A stretch of 64,000 bases of DNA, taken from the NCBI GenBank assembly GCA_965649825.1, contig OZ287700.1:558001-622000 (forward strand), read 5' to 3'. Shown piece by piece: positions 62,354 through 64,000 of the stretch (position 1 is its first letter; each line of letters starts with the position of its first letter). The stretch is from Penicillus capitatus (lineage: Eukaryota > Plantae > Chlorophyta). Made by a program: the position numbers and the translations under genes. Below the pieces are notes generated by a model. It made no database searches, had not been told where the DNA came from, and was given only the letters and a program-made list of their open reading frames with translations.

Positions 62354-63732
62354 TTAGGAAAAACGAAGACGGACGACGATGCAACTGATGTTGTCGGTGC
62401 TCCCACGACTGTCGGCTACAGACGTCAAGACGCTGGCTGCTTTTTGCGGATCGGATTCACGACGGACGATCTGAACAGCTTCGTCGTTTGTTATGACATC
62501 CCAGACTCCATCCGTTGCTAAGATGAGGAATTCGTGGGCAGACGTGAGTTCTTCAATGGCCATAATATGAGGAGTGGCGATCACGTATTTCTTGAGGGGC
62601 CGATCGCCAAAAGCACGAGAAACGGCCAAAACACCGCCGACTCTCCACGTTCCAGCCCACACGACCATTCCACCCAGATTCTCAATACGCTCCTTTTCAG
62701 CATAATGATTTGGCTTGTGATCGACAGACATCTGAACGGCTTTGCCATCTTGACACAACACTGCTCTCGAATCGCCAATATTGGCAATCAGTAATTTGCG
62801 ATCCGCAACAATGGCTGTTACAGCAGTACACCTAAACCCAACACCACCACCACCACCATCTATCTCCCTTCACATTCAGACCCAATCCGCCACGCACCCG
62901 TCGTCTTTGTAGGAGAGGCTGGTGCTCAGATACTTCTTGTCTGTATTGATGTATGCCCTTTCTACAGCAGAAGCGAAATGCAGAGAGGTCGCGAAAATGC
63001 ATGACCGCACCAACGGCCAGATTTAGGTCAGAAACAAAACGTGGGTGATCCAGTAAGTTGTTCAGAAGATTGTCTCTTACGTAACGAGCACATCCCGGTC
63101 CTCCATGACCTACACAGAGACATCTCACACATTTGCATGCATTGCCCGTCACAGGATCCACCATCATAGACGCCAAAGAACCCAATAACATCTCCATTCT
63201 TGTGCTGCTTAAACTGTACATATGGTGCTGTCATGACTGGAAGAGCACACACACATGATAGGGATGGGTACTTGTGCATCCAAAAAGTCCTCCATAGTTG
63301 TTCTCTTTCCTCTTAGCAACGAAAACCCATAAGCCACCTTTTCGTCGTATCTGCATCATGGACAGACATTATCTCTTATCGCTTCGGGCTGAATGCAGCA
63401 TAATAAAATAACCGGATGTCTGCTCCCGCATCTGGTTCTTGTGTTTGCAGACAGCTGCAGCCTGTTGGCCGTTTGAACGATGGCGCAAAGCGTTGCGAAA
63501 AGAAGTTTGCGATGAAGGCTTGCAGCATTGCCCACTTTGATTTGACGGTCGGCCTCGGTGTCGAAGGCTCCAGAGAAGGACCCTTCTCGGAGACTTCCGC
63601 AGGCGTCCCTATGTTTAATGGCTCCCGTGAAGGCGACCGCAGAAACAAACGGCGAATATGAATCAAGCAAGACGAGCAAGGACAGGCAGCGCACTCGCAC
63701 ATTGAATGGCACCTCGGTCGGGCGTGGTACAT
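62354..63732 (-). CDS. Protein phosphatase 2C
   Basis: YGFSLLRGKRTTMEDF, FFGVYD|GHGG, ANIGDSRAVL, DHKP, RVGGVLAVSRAFGD, LILATDGVWDV, GSTDNISCIVV. Start is uncertain. Confidence 0.92.
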
Positions 63733-64000
63733 GTCACATCACCAAACCGTCTGACCGTAATGAACGCGCGTCTGATGCAGGGAATGTTGATGATGCGGAC
63801 GACAATGGCTGGCAATACGACGATGTCGCTGAGAGACCGAGCTCCGTCGATGACGCGCAAACAAAGCCTCGAGGTCCTTTCGCTGCGTGTCTCCGATTTG
63901 CTCGAAGGACTCGACGAGGCGGGCGAAGGAGGCGGCGGCAAGAAAGAAGATGCGCAGCACCAGTTCGTCCGTTTTCGTCAAAAACTCGAATCGATTCTCA

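Noticed and set aside
62027-62384. Small ORFs downstream of PP2C
   Set aside because: Low-complexity, GTT-rich sequence consistent with a 3' UTR, ending near a TGTAA at 61961.
1-64000. Non-standard genetic code (TAA/TAG = Gln, as in some ulvophytes)
   Set aside because: Conserved proteins end at TAG or TAA at the expected position (ELOC, CSP41a, CPSF2, CSN8), and internal stops are explained by introns.
1-64000. tRNA, rRNA, spliceosomal snRNA genes, CRISPR arrays and telomeric repeats
   Set aside because: No diagnostic sequence was recognised by eye. tRNAscan-SE and Infernal would be needed to exclude them formally.

Overview
This is eukaryotic nuclear DNA, not prokaryotic. It is very gene-dense (about 30 genes, many spacers 40-160 nt), roughly 50% GC by eye, and rich in short introns (mostly about 40-70 nt), so the ORF track shows exon fragments and antisense shadows. 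CSP41a, a PPR protein with a probable plastid transit peptide, and TGTAA motifs after many stop codons point to a chlorophyte green alga; a compact ulvophyte is possible but is inference only. The genetic code looks standard. Exon-stitched genes: a large unknown protein, CSP41a, an ankyrin/TM/coiled-coil protein, TsaE, CPSF2, a TrmH methyltransferase, ZMAT2/SNU23, a beta-propeller + TRP-type channel, a KNL1-like protein, ELP5, a class-3 lipase, REI1, a RING protein, a MAPR cytochrome-b5-like protein, a PPR protein, CDC27, MAF1, an F-box/LRR protein, CSN8, phosphatidylserine synthase, Elongin C, the FEX fluoride channel, a WD40 protein, a PP2C and several hypotheticals. A non-LTR reverse-transcriptase remnant overlaps the ELP5 start. 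No rRNA, tRNA, snRNA or CRISPR array was recognised by eye. Most notable: (1) a co-directional WD40-FEX-ELOC-PSS run with spacers of about 100 nt or less, in which WD40 and FEX can be spliced into one frame; (2) TsaE and CPSF2 head-to-head with a possible antisense coding overlap; (3) apparently frequent GC-AG introns and degenerate donors; (4) the propeller-ankyrin-TRP channel. All gene models were traced by hand and some boundaries are uncertain. No clearly new system is proven by sequence alone.
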